DNA of 64,000 nt from an uncultured Gemmatimonadales bacterium (lineage in GTDB: Bacteria > Gemmatimonadota > Gemmatimonadetes > Gemmatimonadales > Gemmatimonadaceae). The DNA lies in contig CAWKNZ010000002.1 in assembly GCA_963851265.1 (NCBI GenBank), forward strand, positions 416,001-480,000, given 5' to 3'. The position numbers were made by a program, and so were the translations under genes. This document shows, piece after piece, positions 9,886-20,213 of this stretch (its first letter is position 1; every line of letters starts with the position of its first letter). The notes beneath the pieces are model-generated. The model saw only the letters and a program-made list of their open reading frames with translations, did no database searches and was not told where the DNA came from.

Positions 9886-10920
9886 GTGCGCGCGCTCACC
9901 ATTTCCGCCCACGGCGGTCTCGACCAGCTGCAGTACCGCGACGACGTGCCCGAGCCGCAGCTCGCCGGCCCGCGCGACGTGCGCGTGCGCATCGAGGCCG
10001 CGGCGCTCAACCACCTCGACCTCTTCCTACTGGGCGGGCTGCCCGGGATCACGATCACCCCGCCGTGGGTGGTGGGCTCGGACGGCGCCGGCGTGGTCGA
10101 GTCGGTCGGCGCCGAGGTCTCGCACGTGCGCCCGGGCGACGCGGTGGTCATCAACCCGGGCACGAGCTGCGGCCAGTGCGAGTACTGCCTCGCCGGCGAG
10201 GAGCCGCTCTGCCCGCGGTACCGCATCTTCGGCGAGCACGCGCCCGGCTTCTGCGCCGAGTACGCGGTGGTGCCCGCGGCCTGCGTGCACGCCGTGCCCG
10301 CGGCGATCGCGCCGGAGGAGCGCGCGGCGTTCTCGCTCGCCACGCTCACCGCGTGGCGGATGGTCGTCACGCGGGCCGCGGTGCGCCCCGGCGACCACGT
10401 GCTCATCTGGGGGATCGGCGGCGGGGTCGCGCTCGCCGCGCTGCAGATCTGCCGACGCATCGGCGCGACGACGTGGGTGACGAGCGGCAGCGACGAGAAG
10501 CTCGCGCGCGCCCGCGCGCTCGGCGCCGACCACGCGCTCAACCACCGCGCCGAGGACGTGCCGCGCGCGATCCGCGCCGCGACCGGCAAGCGCGGCGTGG
10601 ACGTGGTGATCGACTCCGTCGGCGAGGCGACGTGGCAGCGCTCGCTCGGATCGTTAGGCCGGCGCGGGCGGCTCGTGACCTGCGGCGGCACGTCGGGCCC
10701 GATGGTCGAGACCGACGTGCGCAAGCTGTTCTGGAACCAGTGGTCGATCATGGGCTCGACGATGGGGACGAACGCCGAGTACGACGCGATCGTCGCGGAG
10801 CTGCGCGCGGGGCGGCTGCTGCCGCCCGTGGACTCGACGTGGCCGCTGGAGGAGGGGCGCGACGCGTACGCGCGGCTCGAGAGCGGTGGGCAGTTCGGCA
10901 AGGTCGTTGTCCGCGTCTGA
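9886..10920 (+). CDS. Zinc-binding MDR alcohol dehydrogenase/quinone oxidoreductase
   Basis: ALNHLD, GSDGAG, structural Zn site CGQCEYC...C, GIGGGV, GKVV. Confidence 0.9.
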   Translation: MRALTISAHGGLDQLQYRDDVPEPQLAGPRDVRVRIEAAALNHLDLFLLGGLPGITITPPWVVGSDGAGVVESVGAEVSHVRPGDAVVINPGTSCGQCEYCLAGEEPLCPRYRIFGEHAPGFCAEYAVVPAACVHAVPAAIAPEERAAFSLATLTAWRMVVTRAAVRPGDHVLIWGIGGGVALAALQICRRIGATTWVTSGSDEKLARARALGADHALNHRAEDVPRAIRAATGKRGVDVVIDSVGEATWQRSLGSLGRRGRLVTCGGTSGPMVETDVRKLFWNQWSIMGSTMGTNAEYDAIVAELRAGRLLPPVDSTWPLEEGRDAYARLESGGQFGKVVVRV

Positions 10921-11137
10921 CGCCGCGGCCTACACCGCCGACGAGCAGCGCGCGCTGCGCGAGACCGTGGCCGCGGGTGGGGCGCCGGCGTGCCCGCGCG
11001 ACGGCGCCGCGATGACGCGCCGTCCGGTGGGCGGCGGCTCGTTCGGGCTCGGGTACTCGCGGCAGCGCGAGTGGCTCATCTGCCCCACCTGCCGGCGGAG
11101 TGCCCTGTTCGACGTCAAGCGCGGCACGCGGAACTGA
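10907..11137 (+). CDS. Small zinc-ribbon-like protein
   Basis: CPRD...CPTC pair in about 76 aa; TTG start overlaps the end of the upstream gene. Confidence 0.6.
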   Translation: MSASDAAAYTADEQRALRETVAAGGAPACPRDGAAMTRRPVGGGSFGLGYSRQREWLICPTCRRSALFDVKRGTRN

Positions 11138-11164
11138 GTTTCCGGCGCCCTTATCTTCCCGCGC

Positions 11165-12010
11165 ATGCACCGCCTCCTCGCCTGGCTCCAGCCCGCCGCC
11201 GCCCCGGCCGTCGCCTTCGGCTCGCGCCTGCAGGACAGCTTCGCCCAACTCGGCGACCTGATCCCGAACCTGCTCGCCGCGCTCGTCATCCTCTTCGCCG
11301 GCTACCTGCTGGCCAAGCTGATCCAGCGCGGCGTCGCGCGCGTGCTCGTCCGCCTGCGGCTCAACGAGGCGCTCGCGCGCGGCGGCGTCATCTCGGCGGT
11401 CGAGCGCTCGGGCGCGCACGTGAACCCGGCGCGCATCCTCGCGAACCTCGTCTTCTGGTGCGTGATGTTCGCCGTGCTGCTCGTCGCGGCGAACGCGCTC
11501 GGCCTCAAGTCGCTCGCCGACGTCTTCGCCGAACTCGTCGGCTACATCCCGAGCGTGATCGCGGCGGTCGTGATCGTGATCGCGGGCATCCTGCTCGGCG
11601 GCTTCGTCGAGGGGCTCATCCGCGCGTCGGCCGGCACGATCCACGGCGGGCCGACGCTCGCGCGCGTGGCGCGGGTGAGCGTGGTCGTGATCGCGGTGTT
11701 CATGGCGCTGCAGGAGCTCGGCGTCGCGACCGAGATCGTCACGACCGCGTTCGCGATCCTCTTCGGCGCGGTGGCGCTCGCGCTCGCGCTGTCGTTCGGG
11801 TTAGGCAATCGCGACCTCGCGGGGGAGGTCACGCGCGAGTGGTACGAGCGCTACCGGGCGGAGCGCGCCGCGATCGACCGCGAGCAGGCGATCGAGGACG
11901 CGGAGGACGAGGCGGAGCTGGCGCGGCCGGTGACCTTCCGGCGGACGCCGCGGGGCACGGCGGCCCTGCCTAACATCGCCCCGGCGCCGGCGGAGCCGCC
12001 GCGGGCGTAG
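11165..12010 (+). CDS. Mechanosensitive-channel-like TM-helix repeat protein (CmpX-like)
   Basis: Repeated IP.L.AA.VI...G helices and C-terminal ALALSFGLG motif. Confidence 0.8.
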   Translation: MHRLLAWLQPAAAPAVAFGSRLQDSFAQLGDLIPNLLAALVILFAGYLLAKLIQRGVARVLVRLRLNEALARGGVISAVERSGAHVNPARILANLVFWCVMFAVLLVAANALGLKSLADVFAELVGYIPSVIAAVVIVIAGILLGGFVEGLIRASAGTIHGGPTLARVARVSVVVIAVFMALQELGVATEIVTTAFAILFGAVALALALSFGLGNRDLAGEVTREWYERYRAERAAIDREQAIEDAEDEAELARPVTFRRTPRGTAALPNIAPAPAEPPRA

Positions 12011-12126
12011 CGCGCCGCCGCCGCGCGCGCCTGCCGCGCGCGCCCGCCGCGCGCTGGCCCGGACGCGCGCGAGCCCCTATGTTGGCCGGGCCCCCGCACG
12101 GCCCCCACGGTCCGGAGTCCCGCCGC

Positions 12127-12750
12127 ATGACCGAGATCCGCTCGTCCGACAACCGTCGCGATCTGTCCACGAACAGCGGTTTCCAGTTCGAGTTCTACTG
12201 CGAGCGCTGCGGCGAGACGTGGCGTTCCCCGTTCGATCGCTACATGGCGGGCACGCTCGAGGGCGTGATCGGCGCGGCCGACGGCCTGCTCGGCGGGCTG
12301 TTCGGCGGCGCGCGCAACCTCGTCAACGAGCTGTCCACCGCGGGCTACTCGAAGGCGAAGGACGAGGCGCTGGAGCGCGCCGTCGTGACCGCGCGCGGCC
12401 ACTTCCACCGCTGCCCGCGGTGCTCCAACAACTTCTGCGACGACTGCTGGAACGCCGACGAGGGCACGTGCATCGCGTGCGTGCCGCGCCTCGAGGCCGA
12501 GGTCGCGGCGATCAACCGCGAGGCGAAGCTCACGAAGGCGCGCGAGGTGGCGGGCGAGCGCGCGACGGTGAGCGACGCCGAGTTGCAGGCGCGCGTGGTG
12601 ACGTGCGGCTCGTGCCACGCCGTGGTCGGGCACGCGAAGTTCTGCCCCGAGTGCGGCGTCCCGGTGTCGCTCACGCGCGCGTGCGGGCACTGTGGGGCCG
12701 ACGTGCCGCGCACGGCCAAGTTCTGCCCGGAGTGCGGGGCGAAGCCGTAG
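12127..12750 (+). CDS. Multi-zinc-ribbon protein (double zinc ribbon)
   Basis: GFQFEFYCERC, CPRC..FCDDCW, CIAC, and two CxxC...KFCPECG units. Confidence 0.82.
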   Translation: MTEIRSSDNRRDLSTNSGFQFEFYCERCGETWRSPFDRYMAGTLEGVIGAADGLLGGLFGGARNLVNELSTAGYSKAKDEALERAVVTARGHFHRCPRCSNNFCDDCWNADEGTCIACVPRLEAEVAAINREAKLTKAREVAGERATVSDAELQARVVTCGSCHAVVGHAKFCPECGVPVSLTRACGHCGADVPRTAKFCPECGAKP

Positions 12751-12996
12751 ACCGGTCGGGTGGCGGACCGCTGATGCGTTGCGGGTAGGGAGCGGCTGGA
12801 CGGCACGCGGGCGGGCGACGCGACACCCCTCCGCCGTTGCCCGCCGGGGGCACGAGAACACTCACCCCGAAGCGGGGTAAGTATTTGTGCCGCATCAGTT
12901 TGTCACTACCGACCCCGAGTTCGTGCCGAAGCCGGACTCGGCTAGATTGCAGGGTTGCGCGTGCCCGCGCGCTCCCTCGTTCCCGCCGTCCCCGCC

Positions 12997-15528
12997 ATGA
13001 CCGCACCCAACGCCCGCGAACGCATCCTCCCCCGCCTCATCGACGAGGAGATCAAAGAGTCGTTCATCAACTACTCGATGAGCGTGATCGTCTCGCGCGC
13101 CCTGCCGGACGTGCGCGACGGGTTGAAGCCGGTGCAACGGCGCGTGCTCTACGCGATGAACGAGGACGGGCTCGTCCCGGGGCGCCCCTACAAGAAGAGC
13201 GCGACCGTCGTCGGCTCGGTGCTCGGCAAGTACCACCCGCACGGCGACAGCTCCGTGTACGACGCGCTCGTGCGCATGGTGCAGGACTTCTCGCTGCGCT
13301 ACCCGCTCGTCGACGGGCAGGGGAACTTCGGCTCGGTCGACGGTGACCCCGCGGCGGCCTACCGGTACACCGAGGCCAAGCTCACGCGCGTGGCGGTCGA
13401 CCTCCTGGCCGACATCGACAAGAACACCGTCAACTTCGCGCCAAACTTCGACGACCGGCTCACCGAGCCGACGGTGCTGCCGTCGTCGGTGCCCAACCTG
13501 CTCGTCAACGGCTCGTCGGGGATCGCGGTGGGCATGGCGACCAACATCCCGCCGCACAACATGCGCGAGATCGTGGCCGCGCTGCACGCGATCATCGACG
13601 ACCCCGAGGTGTCGACCGACGCGCTTCGCAAGCACATCAAGGGGCCCGACTTCCCCACCGGCGCCTACATCTACGGGCGGCAGGGGATCAAGGACTACAT
13701 CGAGACCGGGCGCGGCAAGATCGTCATGCGCGCGCGCGCCGTGATCGAGGAGAAGGAGAGCAGCAACAAGTCGCAGATCGTCGTCACCGAGCTGCCCTAC
13801 CAGGTGAACAAGGCGCGCCTCGTCGAGCAGATCGCCGACCTGCACCGCGAGCAGAAGGTCGAGGGCATCTCGGCGCTGCGCGACGAGAGCGACCGCGACG
13901 GCATGCGCATCGTCATCGAGCTGAAGCGCGACGCCATCCCGCGCGTCGTGCTCAACCAGCTGTACAAGCACTCGACGATGCAGTCGACGTTCGGCGTGAT
14001 CATGCTCGCGCTCGTGCCCGACACGCAGACCGGGCGGCTCGTGCCGAAGGTCATGCCGGTCAAGACGGTGCTCGAACATTTCGTGTCGCACCGTCACGAA
14101 GTCATCGTGCGCCGCACGCAGTTCGACCTCGACAAGGCGCTCGACCGCGAGCACATCCTCGAGGGGCTCAAGATCGCCGTCGACAACATCGACGAGGTGA
14201 TCCGGATCATCCGCGCCGCGGCCGACACGCCGGTCGCGAGCCGCCAGCTACAGGCGCGCTTCAAGCTCACCGAGCGGCAGGCCGAGGCGATCCTCAACCT
14301 GCGCCTCGCCAAGCTCACCGGCCTCGCGATCGAGGAGCTGGAGGCCGAGCTCAAGGAGGTGCGCGCGACGATCGCCGACCTGCGCGACATCCTCGCCAGC
14401 CGGCCGCGCCGCATGCAGATCATGAAGGCCGAGCTGGCCGAGATCGCCGGCCGCTACGGCGACGACCGCCGCTCCGAGATCATCGCCGACGAGGGCGAGT
14501 TCTCGATCGAGGACCTGATCGCCGAGGAGGACATGGTCGTGACCATCTCCCACTCGGGGTACATCAAGCGCACGCCCGTCACCACGTACCGCAAGCAGCG
14601 CCGCGGCGGACGCGGCCTGAGCGGGCAGGACCTCAAGGACCTCGACTTCATCGAGCGGCTCTTCATCGCGAGCACGCACGACTACATCATGATCTTCACG
14701 GACGACGGGCGCTGCTACTGGCTCAAGGTCCACGAGATCCCGGCCGCCGGGCGCGCCACGCGCGGCAAGCCGATCGTCAACCTCATCAACGTCGGCCCGG
14801 AGACGAAGATCCGCTCGATGGTCGCCGTCCGCGAGTTCCGCGAGGACCAGTACCTGTTCTTCGCCACCCGCAACGGCACGGTCAAGAAGACCGCGCTCTC
14901 CGAGTACGGCAACGTGCGGTCGGCGGGCGTCAAGGCCGTCAAGATCGAGGAGGACGACGAGCTGATCGACGTGCAGATCACGAGCGGCACCAACGACGTC
15001 GTGCTCGCCACCAAGCACGGCCTCTCGATCCGCTTCCCCGAGAACGAGGTGCGCGATATGGGGCGCGACACCACCGGCGTGAAGGGGATCACGCTCCGCC
15101 CCGAGGACAAGGTCGTCTCGCTCGTGATCGTGCGACGCGGCGACGCCACCCTCCTCGTCACCACGACGAAGGGGATGGGCAAGGTCACCGACCTCACCGA
15201 GTACCGCGTGCAGGGCCGCGGCGGCAAGGGCATCCTCACGCTCAACCGCACCGAGCGCACGGGCAACGTCGTCGCGACGATGGAGGTCATGCAGGACGAG
15301 GGGATCATGCTCATCACGAAGAACGGCGTCGTGATCCGCTCGGGCGTCAACGAGGTGCGCAACACGGGGCGGAATGCGCAGGGCGTCAACCTCGTACGCC
15401 TCGACGCCAACGACGAGCTGTGCGCCGTCGCCCGCGTCGTCTCGGAGAAGGAAGAGGACGGCGAAACCCTCGGCGACGATCCGCTCATTCCGGACGGTCC
15501 CGAAGACGGCAGCGAAGACGCGATCTGA
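12997..15528 (+). CDS. gyrA: DNA gyrase subunit A
   Basis: [20 protein letters not shown], catalytic AAYRYTE, GyrA-box QRRGGRG, pinwheel repeats and acidic tail. Confidence 0.98.
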   Translation: MTAPNARERILPRLIDEEIKESFINYSMSVIVSRALPDVRDGLKPVQRRVLYAMNEDGLVPGRPYKKSATVVGSVLGKYHPHGDSSVYDALVRMVQDFSLRYPLVDGQGNFGSVDGDPAAAYRYTEAKLTRVAVDLLADIDKNTVNFAPNFDDRLTEPTVLPSSVPNLLVNGSSGIAVGMATNIPPHNMREIVAALHAIIDDPEVSTDALRKHIKGPDFPTGAYIYGRQGIKDYIETGRGKIVMRARAVIEEKESSNKSQIVVTELPYQVNKARLVEQIADLHREQKVEGISALRDESDRDGMRIVIELKRDAIPRVVLNQLYKHSTMQSTFGVIMLALVPDTQTGRLVPKVMPVKTVLEHFVSHRHEVIVRRTQFDLDKALDREHILEGLKIAVDNIDEVIRIIRAAADTPVASRQLQARFKLTERQAEAILNLRLAKLTGLAIEELEAELKEVRATIADLRDILASRPRRMQIMKAELAEIAGRYGDDRRSEIIADEGEFSIEDLIAEEDMVVTISHSGYIKRTPVTTYRKQRRGGRGLSGQDLKDLDFIERLFIASTHDYIMIFTDDGRCYWLKVHEIPAAGRATRGKPIVNLINVGPETKIRSMVAVREFREDQYLFFATRNGTVKKTALSEYGNVRSAGVKAVKIEEDDELIDVQITSGTNDVVLATKHGLSIRFPENEVRDMGRDTTGVKGITLRPEDKVVSLVIVRRGDATLLVTTTKGMGKVTDLTEYRVQGRGGKGILTLNRTERTGNVVATMEVMQDEGIMLITKNGVVIRSGVNEVRNTGRNAQGVNLVRLDANDELCAVARVVSEKEEDGETLGDDPLIPDGPEDGSEDAI

Positions 15529-15571
15529 CGTCGTCGCAGTCGCGCTGCGCCCCCGCCGCGCGCGGTGACGA

Positions 15572-15610
15572 CCGAGCCCGGGGCGAGCATTGCTCCCGCC
15601 CCGGGCTCGG
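15572..15610 (+). terminator. Hairpin downstream of gyrA (possible terminator)
   Basis: 14-bp inverted repeat CCGAGCCCGGGGCG/CGCCCCGGGCTCGG; no clear U tract. Confidence 0.5.
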
Positions 15611-15716
15611 CTACATTCGGGATGCACCCCGGTCGCGTGACCTGCTTCACGCAGCGTACGCCCGATCTCGGCTGCGCGACGCCGGCGGCACGGCAGTCGC
15701 GCTTGTGCATCCCACC

Positions 15717-16739
15717 GTGTCCACCCTCTCCTCCCCTCCCGCCGCGCTGGTCTCGCTCGCGGCGCTCCGCGCGGCGCAGCAAGTCCTTCGTGGCGTGGCC
15801 GTGCGCACGCCACTCCTGCCGGCCGAAGATGCGCTGCCGGCCGCGCACGCGTCCGCGGGAGGGCAGCGCGCCGGTGGGCGGGTGTGGGTCAAGCCCGAGA
15901 TGCTGCAGCGCGGCGGCGCGTTCAAGCTGCGCGGCGCGTACAACTTCCTCGCCGCGCTCGATCCCGCCGACCGGGCGCGCGGCGTGGTCGCGCCCTCGTC
16001 GGGCAACCACGCCCAGGCCGTCGCCCTCGCCGCCCGGCTGTTCGGCGTCCCGGCCACGGTCGTGATGCCGTCCAACGCGCCCGTCGCCAAGCTCCGCGGC
16101 GCCGCGCGCCTGGGCGCGGAGGTCGTACTCGTCGGACCCAGCAGCGACGAGCGGGCTGCGCGTGCCGCGGAGATCGTCGCGAGCACCGGCGCGGTGCTCG
16201 TCCCGCCTTACGACCACCCGCACATCGTCGCCGGGCAGGGCACGATCGGCCTCGAGATCGCCGAGGACCTGCCCGACGTGCGCCTCGTCCTGGTGCCCGT
16301 CGGCGGCGGCGGGCTGCTGGCCGGGGTCGCCACCGCGGTCAAGGCGCTCGCGCCGCGGGCGCGCGTCGTCGGCGTCGAGCCGGCCGCCACGCCCAAGCTG
16401 TCGCAGGCACGCGCGGCGGGGCGCCCGGTCACGCTGCCCTACGCGGGCGGGCTCCCGGACGGACTGCTCACGACGAGCGTCGGCGCGCTCCCGTTCGCCC
16501 ACCACGCGGCGTACGTCGACGAGGTAGTCGCAGTCGCCGACGACGCGCTCCCCGAGACGATGCGCGTGCTGCTCGACCGCCTCAAGCTCGTCACGGAGCC
16601 GAGCGGGGCGGTGACGTTGGCCGCGCTGCGACTCGGTCTGGTCGAGCCCTCGGCCGAGGGCGACACGGTATGCGTGCTGAGCGGCGGCAACATCGAGTGG
16701 CCGGGTCTGGTCGACCTGTTGGGCCGCGACGGTGGATGA
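15717..16739 (+). CDS. PLP-dependent threonine/serine dehydratase
   Basis: KPEMLQRGGAFKLRGA, SSGNHAQ, GQGTIGLE, VGGGGLL, EPSGA, LSGGN; no ACT domain. Start approximate. Confidence 0.9.
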   Translation: MSTLSSPPAALVSLAALRAAQQVLRGVAVRTPLLPAEDALPAAHASAGGQRAGGRVWVKPEMLQRGGAFKLRGAYNFLAALDPADRARGVVAPSSGNHAQAVALAARLFGVPATVVMPSNAPVAKLRGAARLGAEVVLVGPSSDERAARAAEIVASTGAVLVPPYDHPHIVAGQGTIGLEIAEDLPDVRLVLVPVGGGGLLAGVATAVKALAPRARVVGVEPAATPKLSQARAAGRPVTLPYAGGLPDGLLTTSVGALPFAHHAAYVDEVVAVADDALPETMRVLLDRLKLVTEPSGAVTLAALRLGLVEPSAEGDTVCVLSGGNIEWPGLVDLLGRDGG

Positions 16740-18309
16740 TCCGGCGGTCGGTGGTGTGGTCGCCGCCCCTGTGGCGACCGGCGTCGAGGCGAGGCGGGCA
16801 GGAACGAACGAGCCGGTGATTCCGGCGTTCGCGGTGGCCGGCCGTGTACTGCTCGTCGACGACGACCCCTCGTTCGTCGAAGGGATCTCGTGGGCGCTGC
16901 GCGAGCACGGCTACGGCGTCGAAGGGCTGGACGGCGCGCGCGCGCTCCTCGCCCGCCTCGCGGACCACGCGGCCGCGCTCCCCGACGTGGTGCTCCTCGA
17001 CATCCTGCTCGGCGACGGCGACGGCGTCGATCTCTTGCGCCACCTCAAGGACGACGAGCGGTGGTGCGACGTGCCCGTCCTCATGCTGTCGTCCGCCGCG
17101 GCCGAGGAGTACACTGTGCGGTCGCTCGGGATCGGCGCGGCGGATTTCGTGCGCAAGCCCGTGCGCCCGCGCGAACTCGCCGCGCGCGTCGCGGCGCACC
17201 TGCGCGCGGGCGCGACGCTCCGCACCACGCGCGACGCGCTCCGGCGCACCGAAGAAGAGTTGGTGCGCGCGCGCGCGGACGCGGAGAACCGGCGCAAGCT
17301 CGTCGACATCCTGCACGAGGTCACCGGCGACCTCGCCGCCGACGAGATCTACCACCTGCTCGCGCGTCGCGTCGCGCGCGGGCTGTCGGTCGCGCACTGC
17401 GCGGTGATCCTCGACGGCGGGGCCGGCGTGGGGATCGTGGCGACCGCGTTCGAGTTGCCGAAGTTGCGTGCGGCGGAAGTGACGCTCGCGCACTTCCCCG
17501 AGGTCGGCGAGGCGTTGGCGACGAGCGCCCCGGTGCTCGTCGAAGACGTCGCGACGCATCCGCTCTACACCGGCCGCGCGCCCGCCGCGCTCGACGGCGG
17601 CGCCGCGCCGATTCGGTCGAGCATCGCGCTGCCGTTTGCCGTCGATCGCGCCACGCGCGGCGTGTTCCTGCTGCGCCGCACGCGCGAGCAACCCCCGCTC
17701 ACGGCCGAAGACGTGGCGTTCGCGGAGGCGGTGATCGGCGCGGCCGTGGCCGTGGTGCAGCGCGCGCAGATGATCGAGACGACGCGTGCCGACAACGTGC
17801 GCCTCGAACACCTCGCGACGACCGATCCGCTCACCGGGCTGCTCAACCGGCGCGCGCTCTCGGAGCGGCTGACGACCGAGATGGAGCGCGCACTGCGCTA
17901 CGACACGTCGGTCGCGCTACTCCTCGTCGACCTCGACCATTTCAAGCGCGTGAACGACACGCACGGCCACCTCGCCGGCGACGGCGTGCTGCGCGCGGTC
18001 GCGGAGCTGCTCGCCGAGGAAGCGCGGTCGAGCGACCTGGTCGCGCGCTACGGCGGCGAGGAGTTCCTCGTCGTGCTGCCCGAGACGGACGCCGCCGGCG
18101 CGACCGTGCTCGCCGAGCGCATGCGCGAGCGGGTGGCCGGGCACGCGTTTCGGGCCTGGGAGGACGGGCACACCCTGCACGTGACGGCGAGCATCGGCGT
18201 GGCGACGTTCCCCGTCGCCCGCATCGAGAGCGTGGAGGACCTGTTCGCGCGCGCCGATGCCGCGTTGTACCGGGCGAAGGCGGACGGGCGTGACCGGGTG
18301 CGGAGCTAA
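16732..18309 (+). CDS. Diguanylate cyclase with REC-GAF-GGDEF architecture
   Basis: Receiver domain (VDDD, LLD, KP), GAF-like middle, DPLTGLLNRR, DLDHFKRVNDTHGHLAGD, RSSD I-site and GGEEF. Confidence 0.93.
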   Translation: MDDPAVGGVVAAPVATGVEARRAGTNEPVIPAFAVAGRVLLVDDDPSFVEGISWALREHGYGVEGLDGARALLARLADHAAALPDVVLLDILLGDGDGVDLLRHLKDDERWCDVPVLMLSSAAAEEYTVRSLGIGAADFVRKPVRPRELAARVAAHLRAGATLRTTRDALRRTEEELVRARADAENRRKLVDILHEVTGDLAADEIYHLLARRVARGLSVAHCAVILDGGAGVGIVATAFELPKLRAAEVTLAHFPEVGEALATSAPVLVEDVATHPLYTGRAPAALDGGAAPIRSSIALPFAVDRATRGVFLLRRTREQPPLTAEDVAFAEAVIGAAVAVVQRAQMIETTRADNVRLEHLATTDPLTGLLNRRALSERLTTEMERALRYDTSVALLLVDLDHFKRVNDTHGHLAGDGVLRAVAELLAEEARSSDLVARYGGEEFLVVLPETDAAGATVLAERMRERVAGHAFRAWEDGHTLHVTASIGVATFPVARIESVEDLFARADAALYRAKADGRDRVRS

Positions 18310-18788
18310 CGCCCCATCGCCTGCAGCTCGACGAGCAGACACCGATCCTGCACGACGTCGATCCCCTCGCGCGCGAGGCGTTCGGCCACGGCGTCGTGCC
18401 GAATGCCGAGCTGAAACCATACCGCCCGCGGCCGCACCGCGAGAATGTCGTCCACATGGGCCGGGATGTCGTTCGGCCTGCGGAACACGTTGACGAGATC
18501 GATCTGCCCCGGCACGTCGGCGAGCTTCCGGAACACGGGGACGCCGAGGATCGACGTCACGTCGGGGTAGTAGACCGGCACCGGAACCACGTCGTACCCG
18601 GCGCGCTGCGCGTAGGCGGGCACGTAGTAGGCGGGTGCGCCGGTCTCGGGGACCTTGATACCGAGCACCGCGATGCGCTGCACGGCGCCGAGCAGGGCGT
18701 GGATCTCGGCCGGGGCGTCGACGAGGTGCGCGCGCCAGGCGTCGGACGCGTCGGGGGAGATGGGCGAGAGGCTGGACGTAATCGGCAT
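18306..18788 (-). CDS. CoA-binding protein (YccU-like)
   Basis: IAVLG, GYDVVPV, DLVNVFR, VWFQLGI, VVQDRC. Confidence 0.88.
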   Translation of the reverse strand: MPITSSLSPISPDASDAWRAHLVDAPAEIHALLGAVQRIAVLGIKVPETGAPAYYVPAYAQRAGYDVVPVPVYYPDVTSILGVPVFRKLADVPGQIDLVNVFRRPNDIPAHVDDILAVRPRAVWFQLGIRHDAVAERLAREGIDVVQDRCLLVELQAMGR

Positions 18789-18924
18789 ACCCGTCCGTGG
18801 TGCGAGGATCATGCGCGCGGCTACCTTGCCGGCGGCTGCCGGCGGCTCGCGACATGGTCCGGACCGCTGTCCGCGCCGTGCCGCGCGCGACCGGGCGCGA
18901 CCGCCCCTTTCTGGAGTGCTTCCG

Positions 18925-20166
18925 ATGCGCATGCTCGTCCTCGGGGCGGGGCTGCAGGGATCCGCCTGCGCCTACGACCTGTTGCAAAATCCCGACGTGA
19001 CCGACGTGCGACTCGCCGACGTGAGCGTCGCGCAGCTGCCGCGGTTCCTCGCGCCGTACACCGATCCGACCGCCCTCGGCGGCTCCCGCCCGCGACTGAT
19101 CCCGACCCCACTCGACGCCCGTGACGGCGAGGCCGTTCGCGCGCTGATGCGCGGCTGCGACGCGGCGATGAGCGCGCTTCCGTACTACTTCAACTTCGAG
19201 ATGGCGCGCGCGGCCGCGGAGGTCGGCGTGCACTTCTGCGACCTCGGCGGCAACACCGAAATCGTCGAGCAGCAGCGCACGCTCGCCCCGCAGATGCTCG
19301 CGCACGGACGGTCGATCGTGCCCGACTGCGGGCTCGCGCCGGGCATGGTGAACATCCTCGCCCAGCACGGCATCGACCTCGTGGAGCAGGACGGTGCGCG
19401 CGCCAGCTCGGTGCGCATCTTCGTCGGCGGCCTGCCCGAGCGCCCCGAGCCGCCGCTCAACTACCACATCGTCTACTCGCTCGAAGGCGTACTCGACTAC
19501 TACACGACGCGGTCGTGGGTGGTGCGCGACGGCCGCCGCGTGCAGGTCGACGCGCTGAGCGACGTCGAACGCGTCGACATCCCCGGCGTCGGCGAGCTCG
19601 AGGCGTTCCACACGGCCGGCGGGCTGTCGACGATGGGCGCGCGGTACGAGGGGCGGATCGCGACGATGGAGTACAAGACACTCCGCTACCCTGGGCACGC
19701 GCGACTCATGGAGGCCGTGCGCGCGCTCGGCTTTCTCGAGCTCGAGCCGGTCGAGGTGAAGGGCCAGCGCGTGATTCCGCGCGACCTCGCCGTCGCGGTG
19801 ATGGGCCCGCGGCTCCGCAAGCCGGGCGCGCACGACCTGGTTGCCGTGCGCGTCGTCGTCGAGGGAGAAGCGAACGACGGCGCGACGGTGTCGCGCGCGT
19901 GGGAGCTGGTCGACCGGTTCGACGCGGAACGCGGCATCTCGGCGATGATGCGGGCCACGGGCTACTCGCTGTCGATCACGGCGCAGCTGCAGGCCCGCGG
20001 GGAGATCCGCCCCGGAGTCTGGACGCCGGACGAGTGCATGCCCGCGGAGCGCTACATCGCGGAGTTGGAGCGGAGGGGGGTGGAGATCCGGGAGATCAGC
20101 CCCGACCGCAGGGGCGGAGGGGCGGAGCGGAGGGGCGGGGAAGAGCGGAGGGCGGTCACGGCGTAG
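18925..20166 (+). CDS. Saccharopine dehydrogenase / lysine 6-dehydrogenase family protein
   Basis: VLGAGLQG, DLGG, DCGLAPG, VGGLP, EAFHTAGG, YKTLRYPGH. Confidence 0.88.
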   Translation: MRMLVLGAGLQGSACAYDLLQNPDVTDVRLADVSVAQLPRFLAPYTDPTALGGSRPRLIPTPLDARDGEAVRALMRGCDAAMSALPYYFNFEMARAAAEVGVHFCDLGGNTEIVEQQRTLAPQMLAHGRSIVPDCGLAPGMVNILAQHGIDLVEQDGARASSVRIFVGGLPERPEPPLNYHIVYSLEGVLDYYTTRSWVVRDGRRVQVDALSDVERVDIPGVGELEAFHTAGGLSTMGARYEGRIATMEYKTLRYPGHARLMEAVRALGFLELEPVEVKGQRVIPRDLAVAVMGPRLRKPGAHDLVAVRVVVEGEANDGATVSRAWELVDRFDAERGISAMMRATGYSLSITAQLQARGEIRPGVWTPDECMPAERYIAELERRGVEIREISPDRRGGGAERRGGEERRAVTA

Positions 20167-20177
20167 GGCGCGGTACC

Positions 20178-20211
20178 CGTCGCACCCGGCGCGTCGCACC
20201 CGGCGCGTCGC
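20178..20211 (+). repeat. Short tandem repeat, 14-bp unit CGTCGCACCCGGCG x2.4
   Basis: Read directly in the intergenic gap between two convergent genes. Confidence 0.75.
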
Positions 20212-20213
20212 GC

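Noticed and set aside
13231..13265. Quinolone-resistance substitution in the GyrA QRDR
   Set aside because: [10 protein letters not shown] retains the Ser83 and Asp87 equivalents.
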